Numbered from the stretch's first letter, positions 20,219 to 30,359 are shown. The stretch: DNA of 64,000 bases from Planctomycetota bacterium (GCA_018970785.1 JAGWVR010000006.1:1022-65021); one strand, 5' to 3'. Program-made: numbers and translations. Notes: generated from the letters alone by a model not told the origin.

Positions 20219-21742
20219 TCAGCGGCCCGCCGTGCGGAGTCCGGCCGGCACCAGCCAGCGCTCGAGCCGGTCGAAGCCGCGCTCGAGGCCGATTGCCAGC
20301 AGCGCCGCCGGGATCGCCCCCTCCATCAGCCGGGCGGCGTCGGCGAGCCGGATCCCCGAGAGGATCGCCTCGCCGTAGCCGCCGGCGCCGATCAGGCCGC
20401 CGATCGTGGCGGTGCCGACGTTGATCACCGCGGCGGTCTTGATGCCGGCGAGGATCGAGCGCGACGCCATCGGCAATTCCACCAAGCGGAGCCGCTCCCA
20501 CGGCGTCAGCCCCAGCGCCAGCGCCGCCTCGCGGAGATGGCCGGGGATCGACGCCAGGCCGGTCGCCGTCCCGCGGACGATCGGCAGGAGGCTGTAGAGG
20601 AACAGCGCCAGCGCCGCCGGCCGCCAGCCGAGGCCGAGCAACGGCACCATGAACACCAGCACCGCCATCGAGGGGATCGTCTGGATGATCCCCGCCGCGC
20701 CGAGGATCCAGCGCCCCGCGGCAGGATGCCGCTCGGCGAGGATTCCCGCCGGCACGCCGACGACGACCGCCGCCGCCAGCGACACGAGGACCAGGAGGAG
20801 GTGCTGGCCGGTGGCGCGGAGGATGTCGTGGACGAGCCGGCGGAAGCCGTCGGCGGCGACCGGCGCGACGTCCCAGCCGACGCGCTCGCGGAGGAACGCC
20901 GTCGCCACCTCCGCCTCCCCCTGCTTGTCGACGCGCACGGCGGCGTTCATCCCCGCCATCGTCGGACCGTCGATCGTCCCGGCCAGCTCGGCCAGCGCCG
21001 CGGCCACGGCCGGCGCCCGCTCGTGCAGGTCGGCCCGGGTGAGGATCAGCGCCCGGTACTCACGGAAGGCGCGGCGGTCGTCCTCGAGCAGCACCAGGTC
21101 GTGGAGGCGCGGTTCGGGATCGGTGGCGTAGAGGTCGGTGACCTGGATCGATCCGGCGTCGATGCCTTTGTAGGCCAGGGCATGGTCGACGACGCGCGGC
21201 GTCTGCCGCAGGCCGTAGGCGGCGCGGACGGCGGGCCAGCCGTCGGCGCGGCGGACGAACTCGTCGCTGAAGGCGAACTCGAGCGCCGCGATCGCCGGCT
21301 CGTCGGCGCGGGCGACGAGGTCGCCGATCGTGCGGATCCCGAGCCGCTCCGCCAGCGCGCGCTTCATCGCCAGGCCGTAGGTGTTGTCGAAGCCCAGCTC
21401 CGCACCGGCGGCGATCCCGCGCGCCGCCAGCGCCGCGCCGAGCTGCTCGGGCGCGGCGGCCGCGTCGTCGCGGAGGATCTCGGCGGCCAGCGTCCCGGTG
21501 TATTCGACGTAGCAGTCGATCTCGCCGCGTTCGAGCGCCTGGAAGACGATCTGCGTTCCCCCCAGCGCCTTGCGGTGAACCGGCTCGCCGCCGGCGTGGC
21601 GCACGGTGGCAGCGAGGATCTCCCCGAGGATGATCCCCTCGGTGAACCCCTTCGAGCCGATCACGACGCGCTCCGCCGCGCCCGCCGGACCGGCCAGGCA
21701 GGCCGCGGCCACCAGCCCCCAGATCGTCGCCCGGCGCGTCAT
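20219..21742 (-). CDS. Osmoprotectant (glycine betaine/choline-type) ABC transporter, fused substrate-binding + permease
   Basis: IGSKGFTEG, YVEYTGT, GFDNTY, DLYATD; permease QTIPS, EAALALGL, GTATIGGLIGAGGYG. Confidence 0.88.
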   Translation of the reverse strand: MTRRATIWGLVAAACLAGPAGAAERVVIGSKGFTEGIILGEILAATVRHAGGEPVHRKALGGTQIVFQALERGEIDCYVEYTGTLAAEILRDDAAAAPEQLGAALAARGIAAGAELGFDNTYGLAMKRALAERLGIRTIGDLVARADEPAIAALEFAFSDEFVRRADGWPAVRAAYGLRQTPRVVDHALAYKGIDAGSIQVTDLYATDPEPRLHDLVLLEDDRRAFREYRALILTRADLHERAPAVAAALAELAGTIDGPTMAGMNAAVRVDKQGEAEVATAFLRERVGWDVAPVAADGFRRLVHDILRATGQHLLLVLVSLAAAVVVGVPAGILAERHPAAGRWILGAAGIIQTIPSMAVLVFMVPLLGLGWRPAALALFLYSLLPIVRGTATGLASIPGHLREAALALGLTPWERLRLVELPMASRSILAGIKTAAVINVGTATIGGLIGAGGYGEAILSGIRLADAARLMEGAIPAALLAIGLERGFDRLERWLVPAGLRTAGR

Positions 21743-22488
21743 CGGTGATCTCCTGCGGTCATGCCCGGGAGCCGGTGGGCGAGGATGAAGCGGCGCACCG
21801 AATCGTCGGCGGGGGAGTGGATCAGGGCGTCGAGCGTGCCGCGCTGGACGATCGTGCCGCCGCCGAGGAGGACGATCTCGTCGCCGAAGAAGCCGGCCTC
21901 GCCCATGTCGTGGGTGACGAGGACGACCGTCTTGGCGAGCTCGCGGAAGATCCGCCGGAGGTCCTCCTGGAGGTCGTAACGGACCAGCGGGTCGAGGGCC
22001 CCGAGTGGCTCGTCGAGGAGCACCACCGGCGGGTCGAGCGCCAAGGCGCGCATGATGCCGAGGCGCTGCCGCTGGCCTCCCGAGAGGGCGGCGGGGGGGC
22101 GGTCGAGGGCCGCCTGGGGGAGCCGGACGAGATCGGCCAGCTCCTCGACGCGGCGCCGGATCCAGTCGGGGTCGCGCCCCAGGCGCCGCGCCAGCAGCGT
22201 GACGTTGTCACGGCCGCTGAGGTGGGGAAACAGGCCGCCGTCCTGGATCACGTAGCCGATCCGGCGCCGCAGCTCGAGGGCGGTGGCCGCGGTCATCGGC
22301 GCGCCGTCGATCGTGACGCCGCCGCTGTCGGGGGTGATCAGGCCGACGATGATCCGCAGCAGGGTGCTCTTGCCGCAGCCGCTCGGGCCGATCAGCACGG
22401 TCGTCCGCCCGCGCGGCACCTCCAGATTCGTCGGCGCGAGGACGCGCTGCCCGGCGAAGCTCTTCGAAACGTCGCTGACGACGATCAT
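21739..22488 (-). CDS. Osmoprotectant ABC transporter ATP-binding protein
   Basis: [40 protein letters not shown]. Confidence 0.9.
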   Translation of the reverse strand: MIVVSDVSKSFAGQRVLAPTNLEVPRGRTTVLIGPSGCGKSTLLRIIVGLITPDSGGVTIDGAPMTAATALELRRRIGYVIQDGGLFPHLSGRDNVTLLARRLGRDPDWIRRRVEELADLVRLPQAALDRPPAALSGGQRQRLGIMRALALDPPVVLLDEPLGALDPLVRYDLQEDLRRIFRELAKTVVLVTHDMGEAGFFGDEIVLLGGGTIVQRGTLDALIHSPADDSVRRFILAHRLPGMTAGDHR

Positions 22489-22565
22489 CCGGCGCTCTCC
22501 GATGGCGGGGGAACTGCCTTCCCGGGGACAGGGCGGTGCGGCCGCGACAATGTCACGCTGCGGGG

Positions 22566-24347
22566 TTACCGTGCCGGCAGGCCCGCCGGGAGCGGCTCGA
22601 GCGACACCCGGTGGAACCGCCAGCGGCAGTCGTAGGCGCCGAGAAACAGCCGGTCGGCGTGCGGCGTCGACCAGTACTCCGACAGCGACAGGCTGCCGGG
22701 GTCGCCGTGCCAGTCGATCCTCGTCCGGCCGTCGACGTCGACCCGCACCCCGCCGGCGGTGACGCTCACCACCACCGTCGCCGGCCGGCCGCGGGCGAAG
22801 AGCTCGGCGGCGAAGCGCGTCGGGTTGTCGGGCGCGGCGACATTGCCGCCGGCGACGTTCTCCAGCGCCCCCAGCTGCGCCCCATCCGGCGTGAACCCGA
22901 GCAGGACGACGAACCGGGCGTCGCCGGCCCGCTGCCCGAGGATCAGGCCGTCGGGGTCGTCGAGCGGTTCGGCGATCACCGTCAGCCGATAGGCGGCCGG
23001 CGGCACGGTCGGCAACTCGACCCGGGCGCCGAACTGCCGCGGCGCGGTGAGCCGCGCGCCCCCGTCGTCGCCGGCGGGCTCGAGCGACCAGGTGCCACTG
23101 ACGGCGTCGCGGGGGGGATCGACCGCGGCGAGGAGGTCGACCGGAGGGGTGTCGGCGGCGCCGGCCGGCACGGCGTGCTCGAGCGGATCGACGCCGGTCG
23201 GGAGGGGAGGGGTGCCCGGTTCGCTCCGGACCTGGAAATACCCCCACAGTTCGGCGGCGTCGTCTGCCGTGCCTTGCGGCTGCGCCCGGCGCACGCGCGC
23301 CCGCCAGGCGACGGGGCAGGGGCGGTCGAAGCGCCCCAGGGGCACCACGCCGTCGGCGAGCGCCGTGGCCGGAACCGCGACGGTCGTCCACGGGCCGCGG
23401 AGCGCCGTCTGGATCTCGACCACCGGCGCGGTGACCGCGAGGCCCTCGGGGAGTCCGAGGCGCAGCGTGACCGGCTGGCCCGGCCGGGGCACCGCCGGCT
23501 CGGGAGCCGCCGTGAACGAGGAGAACAGCGCGTGGGCGGCGGCGTCGAATCGCGCGACCGGCTGCCAGCCGAGCCGGCGTTTCTGGGCAGCGTCGACCCA
23601 TGACTGGCCGAGCGTGACGCGGTACTGCCCCAGGCTCATCACGTCGGCGGCGGCGCCGTCGGGATGGGGCAGGCCGATCGCGTGGCCCACCCCCTCGTGG
23701 TAGACGACGCAGTCACTCCCGCGGTAGGGCACGCGCCAGCCGTCGGCACTCACCAGCCCCCAGCCCTTGCCGGCCTCGGCGAGGTAGGTGGCTCGGGCTC
23801 CCCCCGACGCCGCACCGGGAACGTGGATCCCCTCGGGGGACAGGGCCCCCTCGAACTCCCACCCCGCGCCGCGCGGGGCGAGGCGGTGGAAATCGTCGAG
23901 CGGCCGCCAGTTGATGTCGCTGAGGACGACGAGGACGGGAAACGCCGCCCCCGTCTCGCGCGCGAACGAAAGCCGCTCGTCGGCCTCGCGGAGGGTCCGG
24001 AAGAAGATCGCGTCGGCATCCCCTTCCCGCAGGGCCGCCGTCGGGAGCCGCGACACCAGCGCCGCCTCCTCGACACGGGCCACCAGTTCCGAGCGCCCCT
24101 GGAACTCGCGCGCGTGGAACGCCTCGATCCGCCGCGCGAACCACTCGGCGCGCTCCCGCCAGTCGGGGAGCACCTCTCGGTCGGCGGGCACGAAATGGAC
24201 GACCGTCGCCTCGATCCGCGCGATCGGGTGGCGGCCGTCCCACGTCGTCAGCGACGGCGCGGGTTCGGCGGCGACCAGCGCCAGGCTGCACAGCACGGCG
24301 CCGGCGAACGCCGCGCCCCGAAGCGATCGTGCGGCCGGTCGGTTCAT
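22566..24347 (-). CDS. Secreted hypothetical protein with metzincin-like zinc site and C-terminal beta domain
   Basis: Signal peptide; HEGVGHAIGLPH followed by DVMS (Met-turn-like); translationally coupled to the upstream sulfatase. Confidence 0.6.
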   Translation of the reverse strand: MNRPAARSLRGAAFAGAVLCSLALVAAEPAPSLTTWDGRHPIARIEATVVHFVPADREVLPDWRERAEWFARRIEAFHAREFQGRSELVARVEEAALVSRLPTAALREGDADAIFFRTLREADERLSFARETGAAFPVLVVLSDINWRPLDDFHRLAPRGAGWEFEGALSPEGIHVPGAASGGARATYLAEAGKGWGLVSADGWRVPYRGSDCVVYHEGVGHAIGLPHPDGAAADVMSLGQYRVTLGQSWVDAAQKRRLGWQPVARFDAAAHALFSSFTAAPEPAVPRPGQPVTLRLGLPEGLAVTAPVVEIQTALRGPWTTVAVPATALADGVVPLGRFDRPCPVAWRARVRRAQPQGTADDAAELWGYFQVRSEPGTPPLPTGVDPLEHAVPAGAADTPPVDLLAAVDPPRDAVSGTWSLEPAGDDGGARLTAPRQFGARVELPTVPPAAYRLTVIAEPLDDPDGLILGQRAGDARFVVLLGFTPDGAQLGALENVAGGNVAAPDNPTRFAAELFARGRPATVVVSVTAGGVRVDVDGRTRIDWHGDPGSLSLSEYWSTPHADRLFLGAYDCRWRFHRVSLEPLPAGLPAR

Positions 24348-25738
24348 CACTCGTCGGCCGCTGCGGGGGGCACCGGCTGACGGCGTCGTGGCTGCTGCCG
24401 CTGCCGGGCGGGATTGCCGCGGCCCCAGCGCGGCTCTTCGAGGGTGGCATTCCATGCCTTCCACGCCTCCTCGAGGCGCTGCCGCGTCTGCGGTTCGGCG
24501 GTGCTTCTGTCGATCTGTTCGGCGCGGTCGGCGGCGAGGTCGACGAGCAGCGGCGCCGGAGCTCCGGTCGCCTCGACCAGCTTCCAATTCCCCATCCGGA
24601 TCGCGCGCTGCTGGCCGAAGCGCCAGTACAGCGCCTCGTGCGGCGCGCCGGTTCGGTCGCCGGTGAGGAACGGGCGGAGGTCAACGCCGTCGAGCCCGTC
24701 GGGGATCGCGACACCGGCGGCGGCCAGCGCCGTCGGGGTGACGTCGAGCTGGATCACCGGTTGGTCATACGCCTTCCCGGCCGGGAGCGTGCCGGGCCAA
24801 GAGACGACAAACGGCACGCGCACGCCCCCTTCCCAGGTCGTCGCCTTGTGGCCGCGCAAGGTCCCGTTGCTCGAGGCGTTGACCGGCGGGCCGCCGTTGT
24901 CGCTGATGAAGAACACGATCGTGTCGTCGGTCAGCTTCCGCTCGGCCAGAGCCGTGGTCACCTTCCCGACGGCGTCGTCCATCGCCGCGAGCATCGCCGC
25001 GTAGGTCCGCCGGCGCGGCGGCGTGATGCCGGCGAAGCGTTCCTCGGCGCCGGCGCGGCCTTCCATCGGCGTGTGGACGGCGTTGAACGTGAGCAGCAGC
25101 AAGAACGGCGCGGCGGCGTGGCGGTCGATGAACGCCACCGCCTCGCGTGCGAAGGCGTCGGTGAGGTACTCCTTCTCCGCCACCGGCTCACGGCCGCGGC
25201 GGATCGCGTTGGGGCCCGTGTCGCCGTCGGGAAACGGCCCGTAGCCGTGGGCGCCGCCGAGGAATCCGAAAAATTCGGCGAACCCCCGCGACTGCGGGTG
25301 GAATTCCGGCCCGTTGCCAAGGTGCCACTTGCCGACCAGGCCGGTCGCGTAGCCCGCCTTGGCGAGCCGGTCGGCGAGCGTGGTCTCGGTGAGCGGCAGG
25401 CCGATGGCGGTGGTCTCGGGGCCGGGGGGGCCGGGGTTGAACTCGTGGCCGAAGCGCTGCTGGTAGCGGCCGGTGAGCAGCCCGGCGCGCGTCGGGCTGC
25501 AGTAGGGGCCCGAGACGTAGCCCGACGTGCAGCGCACGCCCGAGGCGGCCAGCGCGTCGAGATGCGGCGTGGGGACGTCCCGCCCCCCCTGGAAACCGAG
25601 GTCGGCGTAGCCGAGGTCGTCGGCGACGATGACGACGATGTTGGGGCGGCGCGGCGCGTCGGCGGCCCGCGCGGGGCCGGGGACCCCGGCGAGACCGAGG
25701 CACAGGCCGCCGAACAAGACCTGGAGCGAGCGGTGCAT
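24347..25738 (-). CDS. Secreted type I sulfatase
   Basis: PNIVVIVADDLG, CSPTRAGLLTGR, GKWHLG, SDNGG. Confidence 0.93.
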   Translation of the reverse strand: MHRSLQVLFGGLCLGLAGVPGPARAADAPRRPNIVVIVADDLGYADLGFQGGRDVPTPHLDALAASGVRCTSGYVSGPYCSPTRAGLLTGRYQQRFGHEFNPGPPGPETTAIGLPLTETTLADRLAKAGYATGLVGKWHLGNGPEFHPQSRGFAEFFGFLGGAHGYGPFPDGDTGPNAIRRGREPVAEKEYLTDAFAREAVAFIDRHAAAPFLLLLTFNAVHTPMEGRAGAEERFAGITPPRRRTYAAMLAAMDDAVGKVTTALAERKLTDDTIVFFISDNGGPPVNASSNGTLRGHKATTWEGGVRVPFVVSWPGTLPAGKAYDQPVIQLDVTPTALAAAGVAIPDGLDGVDLRPFLTGDRTGAPHEALYWRFGQQRAIRMGNWKLVEATGAPAPLLVDLAADRAEQIDRSTAEPQTRQRLEEAWKAWNATLEEPRWGRGNPARQRQQPRRRQPVPPAAADE

Positions 25739-26001
25739 CGAATTCCCCCGTGAGTGGACAGCGCCGCCAGAACCCCCGGGCGCACGGACAGGGATTGTCG
25801 GCGGCACCGCGAAGGCCGGTCAATCGGGGCTGGCCCGGTCGGGTGGTTCGCCGGCGCCGCGCCCACCCGGGCCCCTTCTCTCCCCGTCACGGGACCCGCG
25901 AAGCCCCTCCGCCGTCGCCCTTGCATCGGCCCGTCGCAACTTCGTGCGGGTCGATGCGAGGGCAAAGGCGCGGGGGGCGTCCCCTCTGCAGAGCCCGAGC
26001 A

Positions 26002-26029
26002 GAGGCTGGGGCGCGCTCGCCCCAGCCTC
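26002..26029. other. Perfect 12-bp inverted repeat in a divergent intergenic region
   Basis: GAGGCTGGGGCG-cgct-CGCCCCAGCCTC. Confidence 0.5.
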
Positions 26030-26144
26030 ATTCCCGCAATCCCTTCCTCCGTTCGGCCCGGAATCCCGAGCCGATCAATCGGCGCGATCGAGCCGTATAC
26101 TCGTCCACAGCAAGGTCTATTTGCTTCGCACGGAGACGGCATCG

Positions 26145-28196
26145 ATGAGTCGCCCCGCCCGCCGCAGCCGGCGCCGCCCCAGCCCCCTTGGTCCGGGAGA
26201 ATCGCTCGAGCCGCGGCTCGCCCTGGCCGTCTCGGTCGTGACTCCCCTTCCCGACCTCACCGTTCCCGCGACGGCGACTTCGCAGACGATCCCGCTCGCC
26301 GGCCGCTACGACGACACGGCCGTGACCGGCACCGTGGTGCGGTTCACGACCAATTCCGCAGCCCCCAACGACCGGATCTTCGTCGAACTGTTCGACCAGC
26401 CGGGCCCGGGGCGCACCCGGACCACGCCGCAGACGGTCGCCAACTTCCTCGCCTACACCGACGAGGGACGCTACGCCAACACGATCATCCACCGCCGCGT
26501 CACCGGCTTCGTCGTCCAGGGGGGCGGCTTCACGGCGCCGACCGCCCCCTACGGTGGACCGGGGGGAGCGCCGACGGTGATCGCCTCCAAGCCGCCGGTC
26601 GTCAACGAGCCGGGCAACACCAACGTCCGCGGCACGGTCGCGATGGCCAAACTCGGCGGGAACCCCGACAGCGCCACCAACCAGTGGTTCTTCAACCTCG
26701 CCGACAACTCTTCGAATCTCGACAACCAGAACGGCGGGTTCACCGCCTTCGGCCGGGTCCTCGGCAACGGCATGGCGGCCGTCGACTCGCTCGCGGCCGT
26801 CCCCACGTACAACGCCTCCGGCTATTACGGCTCGTATGGCGCCGCGGTCTACCCCAACGGTGAGAACGGCGCGTTCACCGACCTGCCGCTCCGCGACGTC
26901 CCCAATCCGATTCCCAATCCGCTGGTCATCCAACCCGCGCAATTCGTCGCGTTCCCCTCGGTGAGCCGGGTCGGTGAGTTGGTCTACACGGTAACCAGCA
27001 GCAATCCGACGCTCGTGTCGGCGAGCATCGCCGACGGCGCCCTGCAGTTGACCCATGGGGCGTGGCAGTCAGGCACGGCGGTGGTCACCGTCCGGGCCAC
27101 GTCGGTGCTCGACCCGACCGACTTCAAGGAGGATGAGTTCACGGTCGTCCGCCAGGCGCCGATGGCCGGCGGCCTGATCGGCCGGGCGGGGAACGAGATG
27201 TGGATCAGCCGCCGCACGGCCGCCGGAGCGACATCGACGCTCTTGGCGACGCTCGCCAGTGCCACCGTGACCGCCACGCTGACCGGCGACTTCAACGCCG
27301 ACGGCCGTGAAGACACGGCGCTGCGCAACGGCAGCGGCCAGTGGCAGGTCGTCCTCACCCCGGCCAGCGGCACCGCCAACCCGCAGACCTGGTCGACCTG
27401 GCCGACGAGCGTCAACTGGACCGACTACGTCTCCGGCGACTTCAACGGCGACGGCCGCACCGACATCGCCGCCCGCAATCCCACCAATGGCAACTGGCGG
27501 ATCGGCGTCAGCACCGGCGCCGCCTTCACCGACGGCGCCTACTGGAACTGGCCGGCAAACGTCGCCTGGACCAACGTCATGACCGGCGACTTCACCGGCG
27601 ACGGGCGAACCGACCTCCTCGGCCGCGATCCGGCCACCGGGCAGTGGCGGCTGTCGCGGTTCAACGGCTCGAGCTACGTCAGCAGCACGGTCACCACCTG
27701 GACCAACGCCGTCAGCTGGACGAACTTCGTCACCGGCGACTTCAACGGCGACAAGCGCCTCGACTTCGCGGGGCGCAACCCCATCACCGGCAACTGGCGT
27801 CTGGCGCTGTCCACGGGCGCCGGCTTCAGCGACCTCTACCAGTGGAATTGGTCGCCGGCCGTGACCTGGATCAACGTCATGACCGGTGATTTCGACGGCG
27901 ACGGCCGGACCGACATCACCGGCCGCGACGCGCTGACCGGCACGTGGCGGGTGTCGCGGATCAGCAACGCCGTCGCCGTGAGCAGCGCCTTCGGCACCTG
28001 GGGGGCGGCCATCCCCTACGACTTTTTCGTCGTCGGCGACTTCAACGGCGACGGCCGGGCCGACATCAGCGCCCGTAACCGCACCACCGGCACGTGGCGG
28101 GTCGGTCTCGGTGGCCCGAGCGGCTTCACCGACACCGCCTACTGGAACTGGTCGACGAACAAGAGCTGGTCGTGGGGAGCGGCGGCGCGGACCTGA
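26145..28196 (+). CDS. Extracellular cyclophilin-type PPIase with planctomycete LEPRxLL N-terminus and C-terminal FG-GAP/VCBS repeats
   Basis: ESLEPRLALA; TVANFLAY, IHRRVTGFVVQGGG, GTVAMAK, SATNQWFFN, FTAFGRV; six GDF(N/T/D).DG..D repeats. Confidence 0.85.
   Translation: MSRPARRSRRRPSPLGPGESLEPRLALAVSVVTPLPDLTVPATATSQTIPLAGRYDDTAVTGTVVRFTTNSAAPNDRIFVELFDQPGPGRTRTTPQTVANFLAYTDEGRYANTIIHRRVTGFVVQGGGFTAPTAPYGGPGGAPTVIASKPPVVNEPGNTNVRGTVAMAKLGGNPDSATNQWFFNLADNSSNLDNQNGGFTAFGRVLGNGMAAVDSLAAVPTYNASGYYGSYGAAVYPNGENGAFTDLPLRDVPNPIPNPLVIQPAQFVAFPSVSRVGELVYTVTSSNPTLVSASIADGALQLTHGAWQSGTAVVTVRATSVLDPTDFKEDEFTVVRQAPMAGGLIGRAGNEMWISRRTAAGATSTLLATLASATVTATLTGDFNADGREDTALRNGSGQWQVVLTPASGTANPQTWSTWPTSVNWTDYVSGDFNGDGRTDIAARNPTNGNWRIGVSTGAAFTDGAYWNWPANVAWTNVMTGDFTGDGRTDLLGRDPATGQWRLSRFNGSSYVSSTVTTWTNAVSWTNFVTGDFNGDKRLDFAGRNPITGNWRLALSTGAGFSDLYQWNWSPAVTWINVMTGDFDGDGRTDITGRDALTGTWRVSRISNAVAVSSAFGTWGAAIPYDFFVVGDFNGDGRADISARNRTTGTWRVGLGGPSGFTDTAYWNWSTNKSWSWGAAART
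27285..28190 (+). repeat. Six ~150-nt (50-aa) FG-GAP-like coding repeats
   Basis: GGCGACTTC-type starts near 27285, 27434, 27584, 27734, 27884, 28034. Confidence 0.8.
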
Positions 28197-28220
28197 GCGA
28201 GCGGGGTGCCCGCGACGCCG

Positions 28221-29117
28221 TCACTCGGCCATCAGCTTCCGTCGTGCCTCCTCGATCGCCTGCTTCTTGTCGGCCGTGACCTCGGGCCAGGCGAGGCCGA
28301 GCTGGCCGATCGTGCCGGCGAGCACCGCAGCCACGACCGCGCGGCTGACCCACTTGCGATCGGCGGGCACGACGTACCACGGCGCGTGCTCGGTACTCGT
28401 CGCGGCGAGCATCGCCTCGTAGGCGGCCATGTATTCGTCCCAGTGGCCGCGCTCGGCGACGTCGGACGCCGAGAATTTCCAGTGCTTGGCCGGCTCGTCG
28501 ATCCGTGCCAGGAAGCGCTTCCGCTGCTCCTCCCGCGAGACGTTGAGGAAGAACTTCAGGACCACCGTGCCGTTGCGGGTGAGATGGCGCTCGAAGGCGT
28601 TGATGTCGTCGAACCGCCCCTCCCAGGTCTTCTTCTTCGCCTCGACGCCGGGGATCCGCTGGGCGGCGAGCAACTCGGGGTGGACGCGGACGATCAGGAC
28701 CTCCTCGTAGTAGGAACGGTTGAAGATCCCGATCCGGCCCCGTTCCGGCAGCCGCTTCATGCAGCGCCACAGGAAGGTGTGGTCGAGCTCCTCGGCCGAC
28801 GGGTGCTTGAAGCTCGTCACCTCGACCCCCTGCGGGTTGATCCCCGACATGACGTGCTTGATGACGCCGTCCTTCCCGGCGGCGTCCATCGCCTGGAAGA
28901 TCGCCAGCACGCTCCAGGTGTCGGCCGCCCAGAGGAGCTCCTGCATCCGCGCCAGTTCCTCGACGTCGGCGGCGAGGAACTGCTCGGCCTTCTCACGCCG
29001 CTTCTTCTCCGGCTCCTTCGGGTCGCCGGCCCAGGCGGGATCGTGGTCGGCGAGGCCGAACTTCCTCCCGGGGCGGACGCGGAACAGGTCGTCGATGCGT
29101 TCGAGGTCGACGGGCAT
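28221..29117 (-). CDS. ppk2: Polyphosphate kinase 2 (class III-like)
   Basis: FQAMDAAGKDG, SFKHPS, FNRSYYEEVL, KFFLNVS, WKFSASD, APWYVVPADRK. Confidence 0.92.
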   Translation of the reverse strand: MPVDLERIDDLFRVRPGRKFGLADHDPAWAGDPKEPEKKRREKAEQFLAADVEELARMQELLWAADTWSVLAIFQAMDAAGKDGVIKHVMSGINPQGVEVTSFKHPSAEELDHTFLWRCMKRLPERGRIGIFNRSYYEEVLIVRVHPELLAAQRIPGVEAKKKTWEGRFDDINAFERHLTRNGTVVLKFFLNVSREEQRKRFLARIDEPAKHWKFSASDVAERGHWDEYMAAYEAMLAATSTEHAPWYVVPADRKWVSRAVVAAVLAGTIGQLGLAWPEVTADKKQAIEEARRKLMAE

Positions 29118-29132
29118 GGGAGCCTCCTGGGG

Positions 29133-30317
29133 TCAGTCGCGGGCGGCAGGGGCCCGGCGGTCGAGGTCAGCGGCGGTGAACCGGACCGACACGATCCACG
29201 GCGGGGCATCCCTCGTCCAGTGGCCGTAGGTCGTGGCGACGACCGTGCCGTCGGGAAGCAGTTCGAGCGCCGGGTAAGCGCAGTCGGCCCCCTTGGTGTT
29301 GTCCATCAGCCGCACGCGGTACTGCCCCTCGCGGCCGGAGGCGATGTCGTCGTAGCGACCGACCCAGGCGACCCAGTCGCCGCGGGTCGGGCTGTCGAGC
29401 GTCGTGTCGCGGAAGCTGACGAGCAAGCGCCCGTCGGGCAGGTACTTCCCGACGTGCCGGTCGCCGGTGAGGGCCCCGGGCAGCTCGCGCGGGACGGTCC
29501 AGGTGCGCCCCTCGTCGCGCGAGAACATGACGTGCGAATTGGCCCGGCGGGCGTTTTCGCGGAGGAGCATCGCCAGCTCGGTGCCGTCGGGGGAGCGCAC
29601 GATCCCCGGCTCGCAGAGGTGGACGTCCTGCGCGGCGTGGAGCACCTCCGGCCGCGACCAGGTCAGGCCGCCGTCGGTCGAGCGCGTGGCGAAGAGCGTG
29701 AACGTGACCGGTTTGGTGACCTGGGGCGTCGCCACGAAGAACCGGCCGTCGTCGTGGAACACCGCGAGATAGTGCCCCGGCGCGCCGCGCAGTTTTTCGA
29801 CCGATGCCATCACGACGATCCCCCCCCAGTCGCCGGCCGGGGCGAGGTCCGACCAGGTCAGTCCGTCGTCGTCGCTCGTCGCCAGCCGCGCCGGGTGGAG
29901 CCCCGACCAGACGATCAGCCGGCGCTTCCCGGCGGCGTCCTCGACGCGGTGGATCGTCGGCACCTCGCGGCTGGTGGCCCACGACGCCGGCACGCGCAGC
30001 CGCTCACTCCAGGTACGGCCGCCGTCGACGGAGCGCTTGAGGACGATCGCCCCCTGACCGTGGCCTTTGGGATAGACGCAGAGGATCGTCTTGCCGTCCT
30101 CGAGGAGGACGGTCGTCGGGTGGCCGAGATACTGGCCCTCCTCACGGTCGACGACGACCTGCCGGTCGGTCTCCCCGGCGAGGTCCACAAGCGGGATCGA
30201 GTAGCCGCGCGGCGGTCGGGCGAGCTCCTGACCGACCATGGTCGCGGTGGGGAGCCCGACGACGAGCAGCAGCGCGGCCGGCACTGCACGGAACGGACGA
30301 GTGCGGAGTACAGGCAT
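29133..30317 (-). CDS. Sialidase-like BNR/Asp-box glycoside hydrolase
   Basis: Asp-boxes SVDGGRTW, SDDDGLTW, STDGGLTW, SRDEGRTW; CEP and DCAYP motifs; signal peptide. Confidence 0.8.
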   Translation of the reverse strand: MPVLRTRPFRAVPAALLLVVGLPTATMVGQELARPPRGYSIPLVDLAGETDRQVVVDREEGQYLGHPTTVLLEDGKTILCVYPKGHGQGAIVLKRSVDGGRTWSERLRVPASWATSREVPTIHRVEDAAGKRRLIVWSGLHPARLATSDDDGLTWSDLAPAGDWGGIVVMASVEKLRGAPGHYLAVFHDDGRFFVATPQVTKPVTFTLFATRSTDGGLTWSRPEVLHAAQDVHLCEPGIVRSPDGTELAMLLRENARRANSHVMFSRDEGRTWTVPRELPGALTGDRHVGKYLPDGRLLVSFRDTTLDSPTRGDWVAWVGRYDDIASGREGQYRVRLMDNTKGADCAYPALELLPDGTVVATTYGHWTRDAPPWIVSVRFTAADLDRRAPAARD

Positions 30318-30359
30318 CGAGGCTCTCTGGAATCCGGGTGACACCGCCTGTCACTCTAC

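Noticed and set aside
25950-26030. c-di-GMP-I riboswitch-like GGCAAA segment
   Set aside because: No GNRA-capped P2 or GACGCAAAG element; only a simple hairpin is supportable.
27285-28190. Regularly spaced DNA repeats as a CRISPR array
   Set aside because: Degenerate, in-frame 150-nt protein repeats inside a CDS; no cas genes.
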